Source: Spirochaetia bacterium (GTDB lineage: Bacteria; Spirochaetota; Spirochaetia; SZUA-6; Bin103). From it: 64,000 nucleotides of DNA. Each line of letters opens with the position of its first letter. Positions within the stretch are counted from its first letter, which is position 1. The notes beneath the pieces are model-generated. The model had not been told where the DNA came from. It saw only the letters and a program-made list of their open reading frames with translations, and ran no database searches. Location: assembly GCA_965199955.1 (NCBI GenBank), contig CBDATQ010000003.1:64001-128000 (forward strand), in the 5' to 3' direction. The translations under genes and the position numbers were made by a program. Below are positions 48,380-57,697 of the stretch, in pieces.

Positions 48380-48720
48380 GCTCCAGCGCTCCACGTACTC
48401 GGCCTCGGTCACGGGCCGGATGGCACCGGGATAGCGGGTTGCGGCGGCGTACCTGGTCAACTCGCTGGCTCGCCGGATGGCGCTCGGAATCGTCTCTCCT
48501 CGTTCCGCGAGCAGAGACAGCAGGTGGTCCAGGTCATGCACGTAGGGAAACTCGATGCCGCGTGCGATCATCAGGGCCTTGATCGCCTTCTCCGCCGCCT
48601 GCTGGGCGCAGAAGCACAGGTTCGAGGTAGACTTCGGCTGCACGGTTCCGGGCGTGAGCCAGGTTGCTCCGAGCCCGGTTCAGCCACTCGCGAGGGTCAT
48701 CGTGCGGGAACGCTCACACC
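48380..48720 (-). pseudogene. HEPN-domain protein, frameshifted
   Basis: DDPREWLNRARSNLAHA...VYLE in one frame; LCFCAQQAAEKAIKA...FPYVHDL...YAAATRYPG in another. Ends approximate. Confidence 0.78.
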
Positions 48721-48846
48721 GCCTTCCGAGCACGTTGTGGTCCTCCTGCGGCGCGGCGAGTGCGTCAGGGCCACGTTGACGAGCGGTGCCCGGATCCCGT
48801 CGTCGGGACGCGGGGCGCCTCCGTTCAGTTCGCGGTGCTCCGGAAT

Positions 48847-49094
48847 TCACTCGCGCACCTGCGTTGGCTGCTTCACTCCCTCGACGGTCAAGTAGTAGTG
48901 CTGCACCTTCGTCACCTCGCGCCACTGCAACCGCGCGCGCCGCGCTCGAAGCAGTAGTGCTCACCGGTCGGATCGGCCTCGGCCGGCGTCGGCTCGCCGA
49001 GCAGCCGGCACAGGTCGATGAAGTGCTCCTGGGCCGCCGAGCGCTCCTTCAGCTCCGAAGAGCGCCACTTGGCGATGAACTCGCCCGCGGTCAT
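48847..49094 (-). pseudogene. MmeI-like DNA methyltransferase 5' stub joined to a helicase/DUF3883-like 3' stub
   Basis: MTAGEFIAKWRSSELKERSAAQEHFIDLCRLLGEPTPAEADPTGEHYCFERGAR stops abruptly; another frame continues RLQWREVTKVQHYYLTVEGVKQPTQVRE*. Confidence 0.7.
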
Positions 49095-49191
49095 GGCTTC
49101 ACCGATGCGATGCGCCGAGCCCGGAGAGATGTGGCTACAAGTTGATGACTTCCCGAACCCGGTTCTGACCAATGCACGGAACCATGGCACC

Positions 49192-50061
49192 TCAGGTGCG
49201 GAACTCCTGAGCGACGGCGCTCCTGGTGCGCAGGTCGCCGCCGTAGATGTCGAGGAATCCCTGGAAGAACGCGCGCGTGGCGTCGGGGAGCTCGGCCATC
49301 AGGGGCGAGAACGGGATCCAGGGCTGGTCGGAGAAGTAGTCGAACAGGTGCTCGCGGTCGGAGGTGTAGGTCAGCATGAAGGTGCGGCGCCGCTTGTCGG
49401 TGTGGTAGCGGCCGCGGTGCAGGCCCAGGGCCTCGAAGGCAACGGCGTCTCCGGGACGCTGGTGGATGCGGATGGCGCCCGGCATCTCGTTGGAGCGGCT
49501 GTTGGCCTGACCGTCGGCCAGGCGGATGCGGTACTCCTCGTCGGTGTCCCAGCGCAGGTGTGAGCCGGGGACGTACTCGACGTCGGCGGTCTCCACCAGG
49601 GCGATCTGGAGCTGGATGCCGTCGGGCCTGGTGCGGGTGGCGACAACGCTGCGCTGGTCCTGCTCGTCGGGTTTCAGGAACTGCACGTCGCGGTGCCACG
49701 AGCCATCCTCGTGCGCGGTCCTGGGCTCGAACCACAGGGTGGTGGCGCGGAACACCGGCTCTCCGTCCAGCAGCTCGCGGGCGAAGGCCAGGATGCGCTC
49801 GTCGGCGATCAGGTTCATGAGCGTGACGAACTCGCCGGGGTGGTCGCGGAAGTATCCGGGGTGGTTCAGGTGGCGCATGTTGTGGCGGTCGGGGTCGCCG
49901 GGCTTGCCGTCCTCGGCGCTGGCGGCCAGCCACTGCCGGCGGACGCGCTCGGTGATCCGCAGCAGGTCTGCGACCTCGCCGGACGACAGCAGCGAGCGGT
50001 ACACGCAGTAGCCCTCGTCCGTCCACTGGTCGCGCAGGGATCGGAGCCCGGTCTGCGTCAC
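49192..50061 (-). CDS. Phytanoyl-CoA dioxygenase (PhyH) family protein
   Basis: EGYCV, WHRD (HxD), VPGSH, PGDAVAF...LHRG. Confidence 0.88.
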   Translation of the reverse strand: MTQTGLRSLRDQWTDEGYCVYRSLLSSGEVADLLRITERVRRQWLAASAEDGKPGDPDRHNMRHLNHPGYFRDHPGEFVTLMNLIADERILAFARELLDGEPVFRATTLWFEPRTAHEDGSWHRDVQFLKPDEQDQRSVVATRTRPDGIQLQIALVETADVEYVPGSHLRWDTDEEYRIRLADGQANSRSNEMPGAIRIHQRPGDAVAFEALGLHRGRYHTDKRRRTFMLTYTSDREHLFDYFSDQPWIPFSPLMAELPDATRAFFQGFLDIYGGDLRTRSAVAQEFRT

Positions 50062-50843
50062 CGCGGTGCGCCGTCCATCAACGCGTCGAACTCGTCTTCC
50101 GACATGAGGTTGTCGTCGCGGTCGAGCTGGTAGGCGATCGCGTAGGCGGCGCGGTTGACGCCGCTCAGGTTGGGCTCGCCGCGGTGCCAGACGTAGTTCG
50201 TAAAGAAGTAGGCGTCGCCCGGCCCGCCGGAGATCAGATCCTCCTGAGAGTCATCCACCACGTCCAGGGCGATCCGCTTGCGCTGGTACTTCTGGCCGTC
50301 GCGGCCGTGCTGGGCGACCTGGTCCCAGTACTGCTCGTGGAACTGGATCCGCCAGCGGGCGTGCGTGCCGGGCAGAAAGCCGAGCGCGATGGCGTCGGGC
50401 GCCACCTGGTCGAGGGCGATCCAGCAGTTCAGGCACACCTTCGGCCGCAGCTTCCAGTAGAAACAGTCCTGGTGGTAGAAGCTGCGCCCAGCCTTGAACA
50501 CCGACGGCTTGAAGATCGTCTGGTCGGTGTAGCGCTTCACCGGTCCGCCCAGCAACGCCTCCATGGCGCCCACCAGCTTGGGATTGCCGGTGAAGTCGTC
50601 GAACACGGTTTCGATGGCGGACGGAAGCTGCAGGGATCCGGAGCGGTAGTTGCCGCCGGGGGTGTCCCGGTCGTCGGGGTCCCAGGTCTGCAGGTGACGG
50701 TGCGGCCACCCGTAGTCGTGGTGGCCGTTCCAGAGCTCCTCCATCCGGGCGCGCACGGGCACGGTCTCCGCCTCGTCGAACAGGCCGCGGACGATGCAGT
50801 AGCCGTCCCGCTCAAGCTGCTGCTTGTGTTCTTCGGTGACCAT
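50058..50843 (-). CDS. Phytanoyl-CoA dioxygenase (PhyH) family protein
   Basis: AAGGAGG SD; RDGYCIV, YHQD, WIALD, LPGTH, PGDAYFF...WHRG. Confidence 0.9.
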   Translation of the reverse strand: MVTEEHKQQLERDGYCIVRGLFDEAETVPVRARMEELWNGHHDYGWPHRHLQTWDPDDRDTPGGNYRSGSLQLPSAIETVFDDFTGNPKLVGAMEALLGGPVKRYTDQTIFKPSVFKAGRSFYHQDCFYWKLRPKVCLNCWIALDQVAPDAIALGFLPGTHARWRIQFHEQYWDQVAQHGRDGQKYQRKRIALDVVDDSQEDLISGGPGDAYFFTNYVWHRGEPNLSGVNRAAYAIAYQLDRDDNLMSEDEFDALMDGAPR

Positions 50844-50973
50844 CCAGGCCCTCCTTCGCGCGTACCGGCCGAGTATACACCCGCGAACGAGCGGCCCGAT
50901 GCTCTCAGGCGGCGATGGCGGCGCATCCCCGGCCGTGCCATCATTCACCTGATCCCGAGATGCCGCCGCGCGT

Positions 50974-52761
50974 GTGATGAGCAATCCCTGGCCCCGCATC
51001 CCCTACGGTGAAGCCGACTTCCGCCGCATCCGCCTCAACGGCTGGCTGTACGTCGACAAGACGCGCTTCGTCCGCACCCTCGAGGACGAGCGCTACGTGT
51101 TCTTCATCCGCCCGCGCCGATTCGGCAAGACCTGCTGGCTGTCGCTGCTGGAGAACTACTACGACCGGCGCTGGGCGCACGAGTTCGACACCATCTTCGC
51201 CGGCACCGACCTTGGCCGCGAGCCGACGACGGAGCGCCATCGCTACGTCGTCCTGCGCTTCAACTTCTCCGCCGTCAACGACGCCCTGCCGCGACTGGAA
51301 CGGAGCTTCGAGACCTATTGTCACATGGAGTTGCGCGGGGCGATGGAACGCTTTCCGGACCTGTTCCCGGAAGCGGCGCGGCAACGCATCCTGGCCCCGG
51401 ACGGGATCACCGACAAGCTCGGCGAACTCTTCCATCATGCCGGCGAGCACGACGTGCCGCTCTACGTGCTGATCGACGAGTACGACAACTTCGCCAACAC
51501 CATCCTGGCCCACCACGGCGCCGAGGCGTACGAGGAGCTGACTCACGGCGGTGGCTTCTACCGCAATTTCTTCGCCACGCTGAAGACCGGCAGCGAACGC
51601 AGCGGTGGTGGACTGGAGCGGCTGTTCATCACCGGTGTGTCGCCCGTGACCATGGACGACGTGACCTCAGGCTTCAACATCTGCACGAACCTCAGCCTGG
51701 AGCCGACGTTCAACGAGATGCTGGGCTTCACGGAGGCGGAGGTGCGCAGCCTTGTGGAGCGGTACCGCCGCCACGGCGCGTTCAGCCAGGATGTCGACAC
51801 CGCGCTGGGCATCATGCGCGCGTGGTACGACGGCTACCGCTTCACCGAGGAGGCCGAGACCGCCGTCTACAACACCGACATGGTGCTCTATTACCTGCAG
51901 AAGTCCCTGCCGAATCGGCAGGTGCCCACCTATCTCATCGACACCAACGTGCGCATCGACTACGGCAAGCTCCGCCACCTGCTGGTGGTCAACCGCCGCA
52001 GCGCCGAGGGCTCCGCGCGCCTGAACGGCAACTTCGACCTGCTGCGCGGCATCATCGGCACCGAGTCCGCCGACGCCCGCATTCAACCGAGTTTTCCCCT
52101 CAAGCGGCTCATCAAGCGGGAGAACTTCCTCTCCCTGCTGCACTTCTTCGGCCTGCTGAGCATCCGGGAGATGGTGGACGGCCTTCCCCGGCTGGCGATT
52201 CCCAACCAGACCGTGAAGCGGCTCATGTACGAGTACCTGCGCGAGGCGTACGAGGACGCCGGGGCGTTCGATGTCAACCTGTACGAGTTCGGGCAGCGGA
52301 TGATGCGGATGGCCAATCAGGGCGAGTGGCGGCCGGTGTTCGAGTTCCTGGCCGAGGCCATCGCCGCGCAGACCGCCATCCGCGACTTCATCGCCGGCGA
52401 AAAGATCCTGCAGGGGTTCCTGGCCGCCTATCTGAGCGTGACGGACTACTACGTGTTCCGCAGCGAGGCGGAGCTCGGCAAGGGTCACGCGGGTATCAGC
52501 CTGGAGCCGTTGCTGGCGCGTTTTCCGCACCTTGAGCGCGGCTACCTGATCGAGCTCAAGTATCTGCGCCGGGGCGCATCGGCCGGCGAGGGGCGCATCG
52601 CGGCTGCCGCCGCCGAAGCGAGCGCCCAGCTACGGGGCTACCTTGCGGACGAACGGCTCGCGCGCCAGTACCCGGGCGTACGCTTCACGGGCCTCATCCT
52701 CGTGTTCCACGGTTGGGCGCTGGTGGTCTGCGAGGCAGTGACACCAGCGTGTGGCCCGTGA
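50974..52761 (+). CDS. AAA-ATPase-like protein with PD-(D/E)XK (PDDEXK_9-type) domain
   Basis: IPYGEADF, YVDKT, RPRRFGKT, LIDEYD, FITGVSP, WYDGY, IPNQTV, LIELKY. Confidence 0.9.
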   Translation: MMSNPWPRIPYGEADFRRIRLNGWLYVDKTRFVRTLEDERYVFFIRPRRFGKTCWLSLLENYYDRRWAHEFDTIFAGTDLGREPTTERHRYVVLRFNFSAVNDALPRLERSFETYCHMELRGAMERFPDLFPEAARQRILAPDGITDKLGELFHHAGEHDVPLYVLIDEYDNFANTILAHHGAEAYEELTHGGGFYRNFFATLKTGSERSGGGLERLFITGVSPVTMDDVTSGFNICTNLSLEPTFNEMLGFTEAEVRSLVERYRRHGAFSQDVDTALGIMRAWYDGYRFTEEAETAVYNTDMVLYYLQKSLPNRQVPTYLIDTNVRIDYGKLRHLLVVNRRSAEGSARLNGNFDLLRGIIGTESADARIQPSFPLKRLIKRENFLSLLHFFGLLSIREMVDGLPRLAIPNQTVKRLMYEYLREAYEDAGAFDVNLYEFGQRMMRMANQGEWRPVFEFLAEAIAAQTAIRDFIAGEKILQGFLAAYLSVTDYYVFRSEAELGKGHAGISLEPLLARFPHLERGYLIELKYLRRGASAGEGRIAAAAAEASAQLRGYLADERLARQYPGVRFTGLILVFHGWALVVCEAVTPACGP

Positions 52762-52778
52762 TTCGGTGCCGATCGCCA

Positions 52779-54026
52779 TCATCTGCCCCCGTATCCCATC
52801 TCGTCCCAGAGCTCCCGGGCGCGCGCCTTCGCCGCCGTAGTCGGCTCGCGGGTCGCCGCGATGCTGGGCGGCGCATCCGGCGGCTCGGCGCCGTCCGGCC
52901 ACGGCGACCAGGTATCGTCCTGGTACCTCTTCCGCTGCGCTTCGTCGGCGAAGTCCGGGACCTCGACCGGCTGGCCGTCCTGCAACGCGCTCCGCCACGC
53001 CAGGATGCCGACCGAGCTCATCGCCACGCCCCGGTAGACGTCCAGGAACGGCGGCTCGCCCGAGCGGATCGCGTGCGCGAAGTGGTAGTTGGTCCAGAAG
53101 TCGCCGCCGCCGTGGCCGGCCCGCTCGGCCAGCTCGGCATGCTCGGGCCAGTCGGGGAGGTAGGTGCGCTCCAGCGGCTGATCGGGCCAGCGGTTCCACG
53201 GCTCGTGCCAGACGCGCACCTCCCCGGGACCGAAGTAGCCCGGGCCGCGCGCGATCTCCATCGCCCCCCGCGTGCCGTGCACGCGGTACCAGTTGCTGTG
53301 TCCCGGCAGCACCAGGCCGAAGATCCGGAACACCGAGCCGTCGTCCATGCGGCAGAGGATCACCGAGCCGGGATCGCTGCGGCGCATGCTGAGCTCGTCG
53401 ACCTCCGGGGCGGCGATGGACAGGCCGTTGACGATCCTCGGCATCGCCCCGGTGATGTAGACCAGCGGCGCCAGCGCGTGCGTGCAGTAGTAGGTAGACG
53501 GCAGCCAGTTGCGCCAGTGGTGCTCGCCCGGCGCCAGGCGCAGGCGGGCGTCGGGCGCCATCGGGTGGTTGTACTCGCCCTCGGCATAGGTGGCCCGGCC
53601 GATCTCGCCGGTGCGGTACAGCCGGCGCATCTCCTGGCTGAACACGGTGTAGCAGTAGTTCTCGGCCAGCATGTAGACGCAGCCCGAGCGCTCCGCCGCA
53701 CGGCAGAGCGCCACTCCTTCAGCGATCGTGCCGTTGGACGAGGTCTCACTGAGGACGTGCTTGCCGGCGTCCAGCGCCTTGACCGCGAACGGCCCGTGCT
53801 CGTGGAAGTAGTTGGCCAGGATCACCGCGTCCAGGTCGTGCTCCAGGAACGCGTCGTAGTCGGTGTAGGTGGCGACCCCGTGGGTCCGGCCAGCGGCCTG
53901 CAGCCGTTCCTCCCACGTGTCGCAGATGGCGACCAGCTTCATCCCCACGGCGTCCGTGGCGCCCCTGATGAAGCTCTCGCCGCGGCCGACACCGATCACG
54001 CCGACGCGTATCTCACCTTCGTGCAT
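52779..54026 (-). CDS. Gfo/Idh/MocA family oxidoreductase
   Basis: IRVGVIGVGRG, GKHVLSE, YAEGEYNH, YCTH, GHGGGDF. Confidence 0.9.
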   Translation of the reverse strand: MHEGEIRVGVIGVGRGESFIRGATDAVGMKLVAICDTWEERLQAAGRTHGVATYTDYDAFLEHDLDAVILANYFHEHGPFAVKALDAGKHVLSETSSNGTIAEGVALCRAAERSGCVYMLAENYCYTVFSQEMRRLYRTGEIGRATYAEGEYNHPMAPDARLRLAPGEHHWRNWLPSTYYCTHALAPLVYITGAMPRIVNGLSIAAPEVDELSMRRSDPGSVILCRMDDGSVFRIFGLVLPGHSNWYRVHGTRGAMEIARGPGYFGPGEVRVWHEPWNRWPDQPLERTYLPDWPEHAELAERAGHGGGDFWTNYHFAHAIRSGEPPFLDVYRGVAMSSVGILAWRSALQDGQPVEVPDFADEAQRKRYQDDTWSPWPDGAEPPDAPPSIAATREPTTAAKARARELWDEMGYGGR

Positions 54027-54046
54027 GGAACCTCCCCGATGCGCCG

Positions 54047-55093
54047 TCAGAGTAGCCGATACCGCTGAACGGTCGCGGCGTAGCCGATGCCGGTCTGCCC
54101 GAAGCCGTTGCCGGTGTACCAGCAGCGCAGCCCGCCGTCATGCGTAACCACTGCCGCGTACGAGCGCTGGTGGTCGTCGAAGCTGCCGGCGGCGCCCACG
54201 CCCAGATCGCCGTCGGGTCCGGAGGCCGTCCAGGTCCAGCTCAGGCCGTCGTCGCTGACCAGGCTTCGCACGCGATACGCCGTGCCGAAGGTGTTGACCC
54301 ACATCGTCCAGCCGCCGTCGCGGCGCAGTACGAACGGCTTGGAGGCGATGTATTCGAACGGCTCGGTCGCGAATCCGCGGGGGCTCACCATCAGGCCGTC
54401 CAGCGGCTTGGTCCAGCGGACGCCGTCGGTCGACTCGGCATAACCCACGCCGATGTGCGGAATCACGTCTCCGTGGCCGGTCGCCACCCCCGCGGGTTTG
54501 GGCGAGTAGTCGCCCAGGGCGGTGTAGTACATGCGGAGGACGCCGCCTTCGGCGACCACGCAGACGCTGCCGGTCCCCTCGTGATCCCATGGCCGGTCCA
54601 GCGCCAGCACCGGCGACTCGCCGGCGTGCCGCCACGTGCAGCCGCGATCATCGCTGAGCGCCAGACCGGTCGTATTGGCCAGCTTGCCGTCGGCCCGCGG
54701 CACGCCCCATGCTCCGTAGTACATCAGCCACGGTCCGTTGTCGCGCGGCACCACGAACGGAAAGCTCGGGCCCTGGTCGTTGTAGGCGGTGCCGGGCTGA
54801 CGCTCCAGCACCGCGCCCGAGGAGCGCCAGTCGTCCGGAGCGTCCACCCGGGCGACTGCCACACAGATGCGATGGAAGCCGTCGTCGCCGGTGCCCCAGT
54901 AATACATGTGGTAGTCGTCGCCGAAGCGCAGCACGTGCGGGCTCGAGGCCCGGCGGGCATCCACGGCTCCGCCCAGCCCCGGAGCAACGACAGGGGCCAC
55001 CGACGGAACCCTCCACCGAGCGGGCGTCGGCGCTACGGTCACCTTCTCAGACGGGCAAGCGAGCAGGCGGGCTGCGTGCCCGCCTGCTCGCAT
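54047..55093 (-). CDS. Beta-propeller glycosidase-like protein
   Basis: YHMYYWG, WLMYYG, ALSDDRGCTW, YAESTDGVRW, SDDGLSW, WYTGNGFG blade repeats. Start uncertain. Confidence 0.72.
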   Translation of the reverse strand: MRAGGHAARLLACPSEKVTVAPTPARWRVPSVAPVVAPGLGGAVDARRASSPHVLRFGDDYHMYYWGTGDDGFHRICVAVARVDAPDDWRSSGAVLERQPGTAYNDQGPSFPFVVPRDNGPWLMYYGAWGVPRADGKLANTTGLALSDDRGCTWRHAGESPVLALDRPWDHEGTGSVCVVAEGGVLRMYYTALGDYSPKPAGVATGHGDVIPHIGVGYAESTDGVRWTKPLDGLMVSPRGFATEPFEYIASKPFVLRRDGGWTMWVNTFGTAYRVRSLVSDDGLSWTWTASGPDGDLGVGAAGSFDDHQRSYAAVVTHDGGLRCWYTGNGFGQTGIGYAATVQRYRLL

Positions 55094-55127
55094 AGAAGAT
55101 CGATCCGCGTCGGGATCGGCCGGCTCC

Positions 55128-56699
55128 CTAGTTGCCGACCAGCTCTCCGTAGCGCTCGTACTGCTGTTGGCGCACGGCGATCACTTCCTGGGCGCCGAGC
55201 TTGTTCAAGCCGTCGACGAACTCGTCGAACTTGCTCAGCGGCTCCTGGCCGGTGACGAACTTGTCGAACCACTCCGTCCGGTAGGTGTTCAGATCGGCCT
55301 GCAGGCGGTTCAGCACCTCCTGCTCGTCCAGCGTCGGCCGCACTTGCGGGAACGACGGCGACCGGTAGTACTTCTGGTACGCGTTGTTGTTGTCCAGGAC
55401 CCACTGCGGGTTGCGGAAGTCCCAGGCATAAGCCCACTGCAGGTGGGCGTACGGCGGCTGGCTGCCGCCGATCTCGCGGAGCCGCTCGTCGAACGGCTTG
55501 TCCTCGCTGCCGATGGTCTCGATCTCGCCGTCGACCATCCGGTAGGTGTCTCCGATGATGCCGAAGTTCTGCAGCATCAGCGCTTCATCGCTGTTGCGGA
55601 TGAAGTCGATCCAGTGCATGGCCACTTCCGGCTGCTTGGCGTCCTTCGTGATCCCCATCTGGTCGCCGCCGTATCGCTCGCGCTTCACGAAGAACTTGTC
55701 GCCGTACGGCCCTTCGATGGGCGGCCCGTTCACGAAGACCGGGATCGACGCGTCGGGCTTTCCGGAGGGATGGGCGCCCGAGCAGATCCTGGCGAAGGTG
55801 GTCCAACAGGAGATCAGCCCGACCTGGTCGTTCGAAACCTTCTCCAGGGTCTCGGTCCAACTGTCGGTGGCGTACGCCTTGTCGAGCAGCCCTTCCGTGT
55901 AGAGCTGATTCAGCCAGGTGAGTTACTCCTTCATCCGCGGGCTCTGAAAGATCCAGAAGACCTGTCCGTCGTCGTCGACCAGGTAGTCGGTCATGATCGA
56001 GTACTCGAACCCGTAGAGGTTGCCGAGATACCGCAGATAGCCGCGGCCGGCGGCCGGCGTCAGGGGAATCTCGTCCTGCTTGCCGTTGCCGTTGGGGTCA
56101 TCGTCCCGGAACGCCCGTAGCGCCGTCATCATGTCCGCCTGCGTCTCCGGCATGTCCGCGATGCCCACCGCTTCCAGCCACAACACGTTCCACAGCGGCC
56201 CGAAGGACAGGTAGTTCGGCAGCACGTAGTTGCCCACGCCGTAGATGTTTCCGTCGGGACTGGTGTCCAGGATCTTGTAGATGCCGTTGGTGCCGGTGTT
56301 CCACCACTTGTTGATGTTGGGGGCGTGCGTCTCCAGCAGGTCGTTGAGCGGGATGATCAGCCCGTCACGGCCGTGCTGGCCGATGTCCCCCAACAGCGAC
56401 ATGTTGATCACGTCGGGCAGGTCCACGGCGGCGGCAAGGCGCGCCTTCATCACTTCCGCGTAGTTCTTGACCTGGATGTTCTCCCACTCGACGTGCACGC
56501 CGCTGAGGCGCTCCAGCTCCTGGTACACCGGCAGGTCGTTGCTGGCCGGCTGCAGGCTGGCGGCCCAGCCGGTGTGCGTGGCCACGTGCAGGGTGGGCAG
56601 CTCGCCGGGCGCCATCCCTTCCTCCGTGCCCGCGCCGAACGCGCCGGCGGCAACCAGGGTCAGCACCGTCCCCAGGACGGCCATCCTCGATAGTTTCAT
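55128..56699 (-). pseudogene. Carbohydrate ABC substrate-binding protein (LplA-like) with an in-frame TAA
   Basis: One frame from MKLSRMAVLG through DPNGNGKQDEIP to MKE-TAA(55925-55923)-LTWLNQLYTEGLLD and on to QQQYERY. Confidence 0.85.
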
Positions 56700-56787
56700 C
56701 TCGTTCTCCTTCCTTACGTTCCGTCGTTCGGTGGTTGTCGACTGGTCCACCAACCACTTTGCCGGACCGCCCTCCTGACGGCCGGAT

Positions 56788-57690
56788 CTACCCCTTGAGG
56801 GCGCCGATCAGGACGCCCTTGACGAAATATCTCTGCAGGAACGGATACAGCAGCAGGATCGGCAGCACCGCCACGATCATCACCGCGAACTTGATCTGCA
56901 CCATCGCCATGACGCCCTCTCCCTGCTCGCCGGTCTCGAACTGCTGCACGGCCTCCGGCGACGCCTGGATCAGCACCCTGCGCAAGTAGATCTGGATCGG
57001 CTGCAGCTCGGCTTTCGGCAGGTAGAGCAGGGCAGGGAAGAAGCTGTTCCAGTGGTTCACCCCGTAGAACAGCACCAGCACGGCGATGATCGGCCTGGAC
57101 AGCGGCACCACGATCTTCCAGACGATCCGCCATTCGCCCGCGCCCTCGATGCGGGCACACTCGAACAGGTCTTCCGGCAGGGTCTGAAAGAAGGTGCGGC
57201 AGATGATCAGGTTGAAGGTGGCGATCAGCGTCGGGATCACGATCGCCCAGCGCGTGGCGTAGAGCCCGAGCTTGACCACCAGCACGAACAGCGGAATCAA
57301 CCCGCCGGAAAAGAACATGGTAAAGACAAACAGGAACATCAGCACGCGGCGCGCCGAGAAGTTGCGCTTGGACAGCGGATAGGCGGCCATCACCGTGAAG
57401 ACCAGGTTCAACGCCGTGCCGACGCCGGTATACCAGATCGTGTTGTAGTAGCTGCGCAGCACGACGGGATCGTTGAGCACCGTCCGATAGGCGTCCAGGC
57501 TGAACCCCTTCGGGAGCAGAAATATCTCCCGGCGCACCACCGCCACCGGATCGCTGATCGACATGCTGAGCACGAACACGAACGGATAGAGCGTGATGAC
57601 GAAGGCGATTGCCACGCCGATGTAGACGAGGGCATCGACGACCACGTCCTCGATCGTGAGCGCCCTCCTGACGCCGAGCCTCCCCGTCAT
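56788..57690 (-). CDS. Carbohydrate ABC permease (LplC-like)
   Basis: FSGGLIP, ECARIEGAGE, WNSFF, YPFLQRYFVKGVLIGALKG. Confidence 0.92.
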   Translation of the reverse strand: MTGRLGVRRALTIEDVVVDALVYIGVAIAFVITLYPFVFVLSMSISDPVAVVRREIFLLPKGFSLDAYRTVLNDPVVLRSYYNTIWYTGVGTALNLVFTVMAAYPLSKRNFSARRVLMFLFVFTMFFSGGLIPLFVLVVKLGLYATRWAIVIPTLIATFNLIICRTFFQTLPEDLFECARIEGAGEWRIVWKIVVPLSRPIIAVLVLFYGVNHWNSFFPALLYLPKAELQPIQIYLRRVLIQASPEAVQQFETGEQGEGVMAMVQIKFAVMIVAVLPILLLYPFLQRYFVKGVLIGALKG

Positions 57691-57697
57691 GGCGAGC

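Noticed and set aside
55923..55925. Programmed stop-codon recoding in the SBP
   Set aside because: The codon is TAA at a probable Tyr position, and other genes here use TAA as a normal stop.
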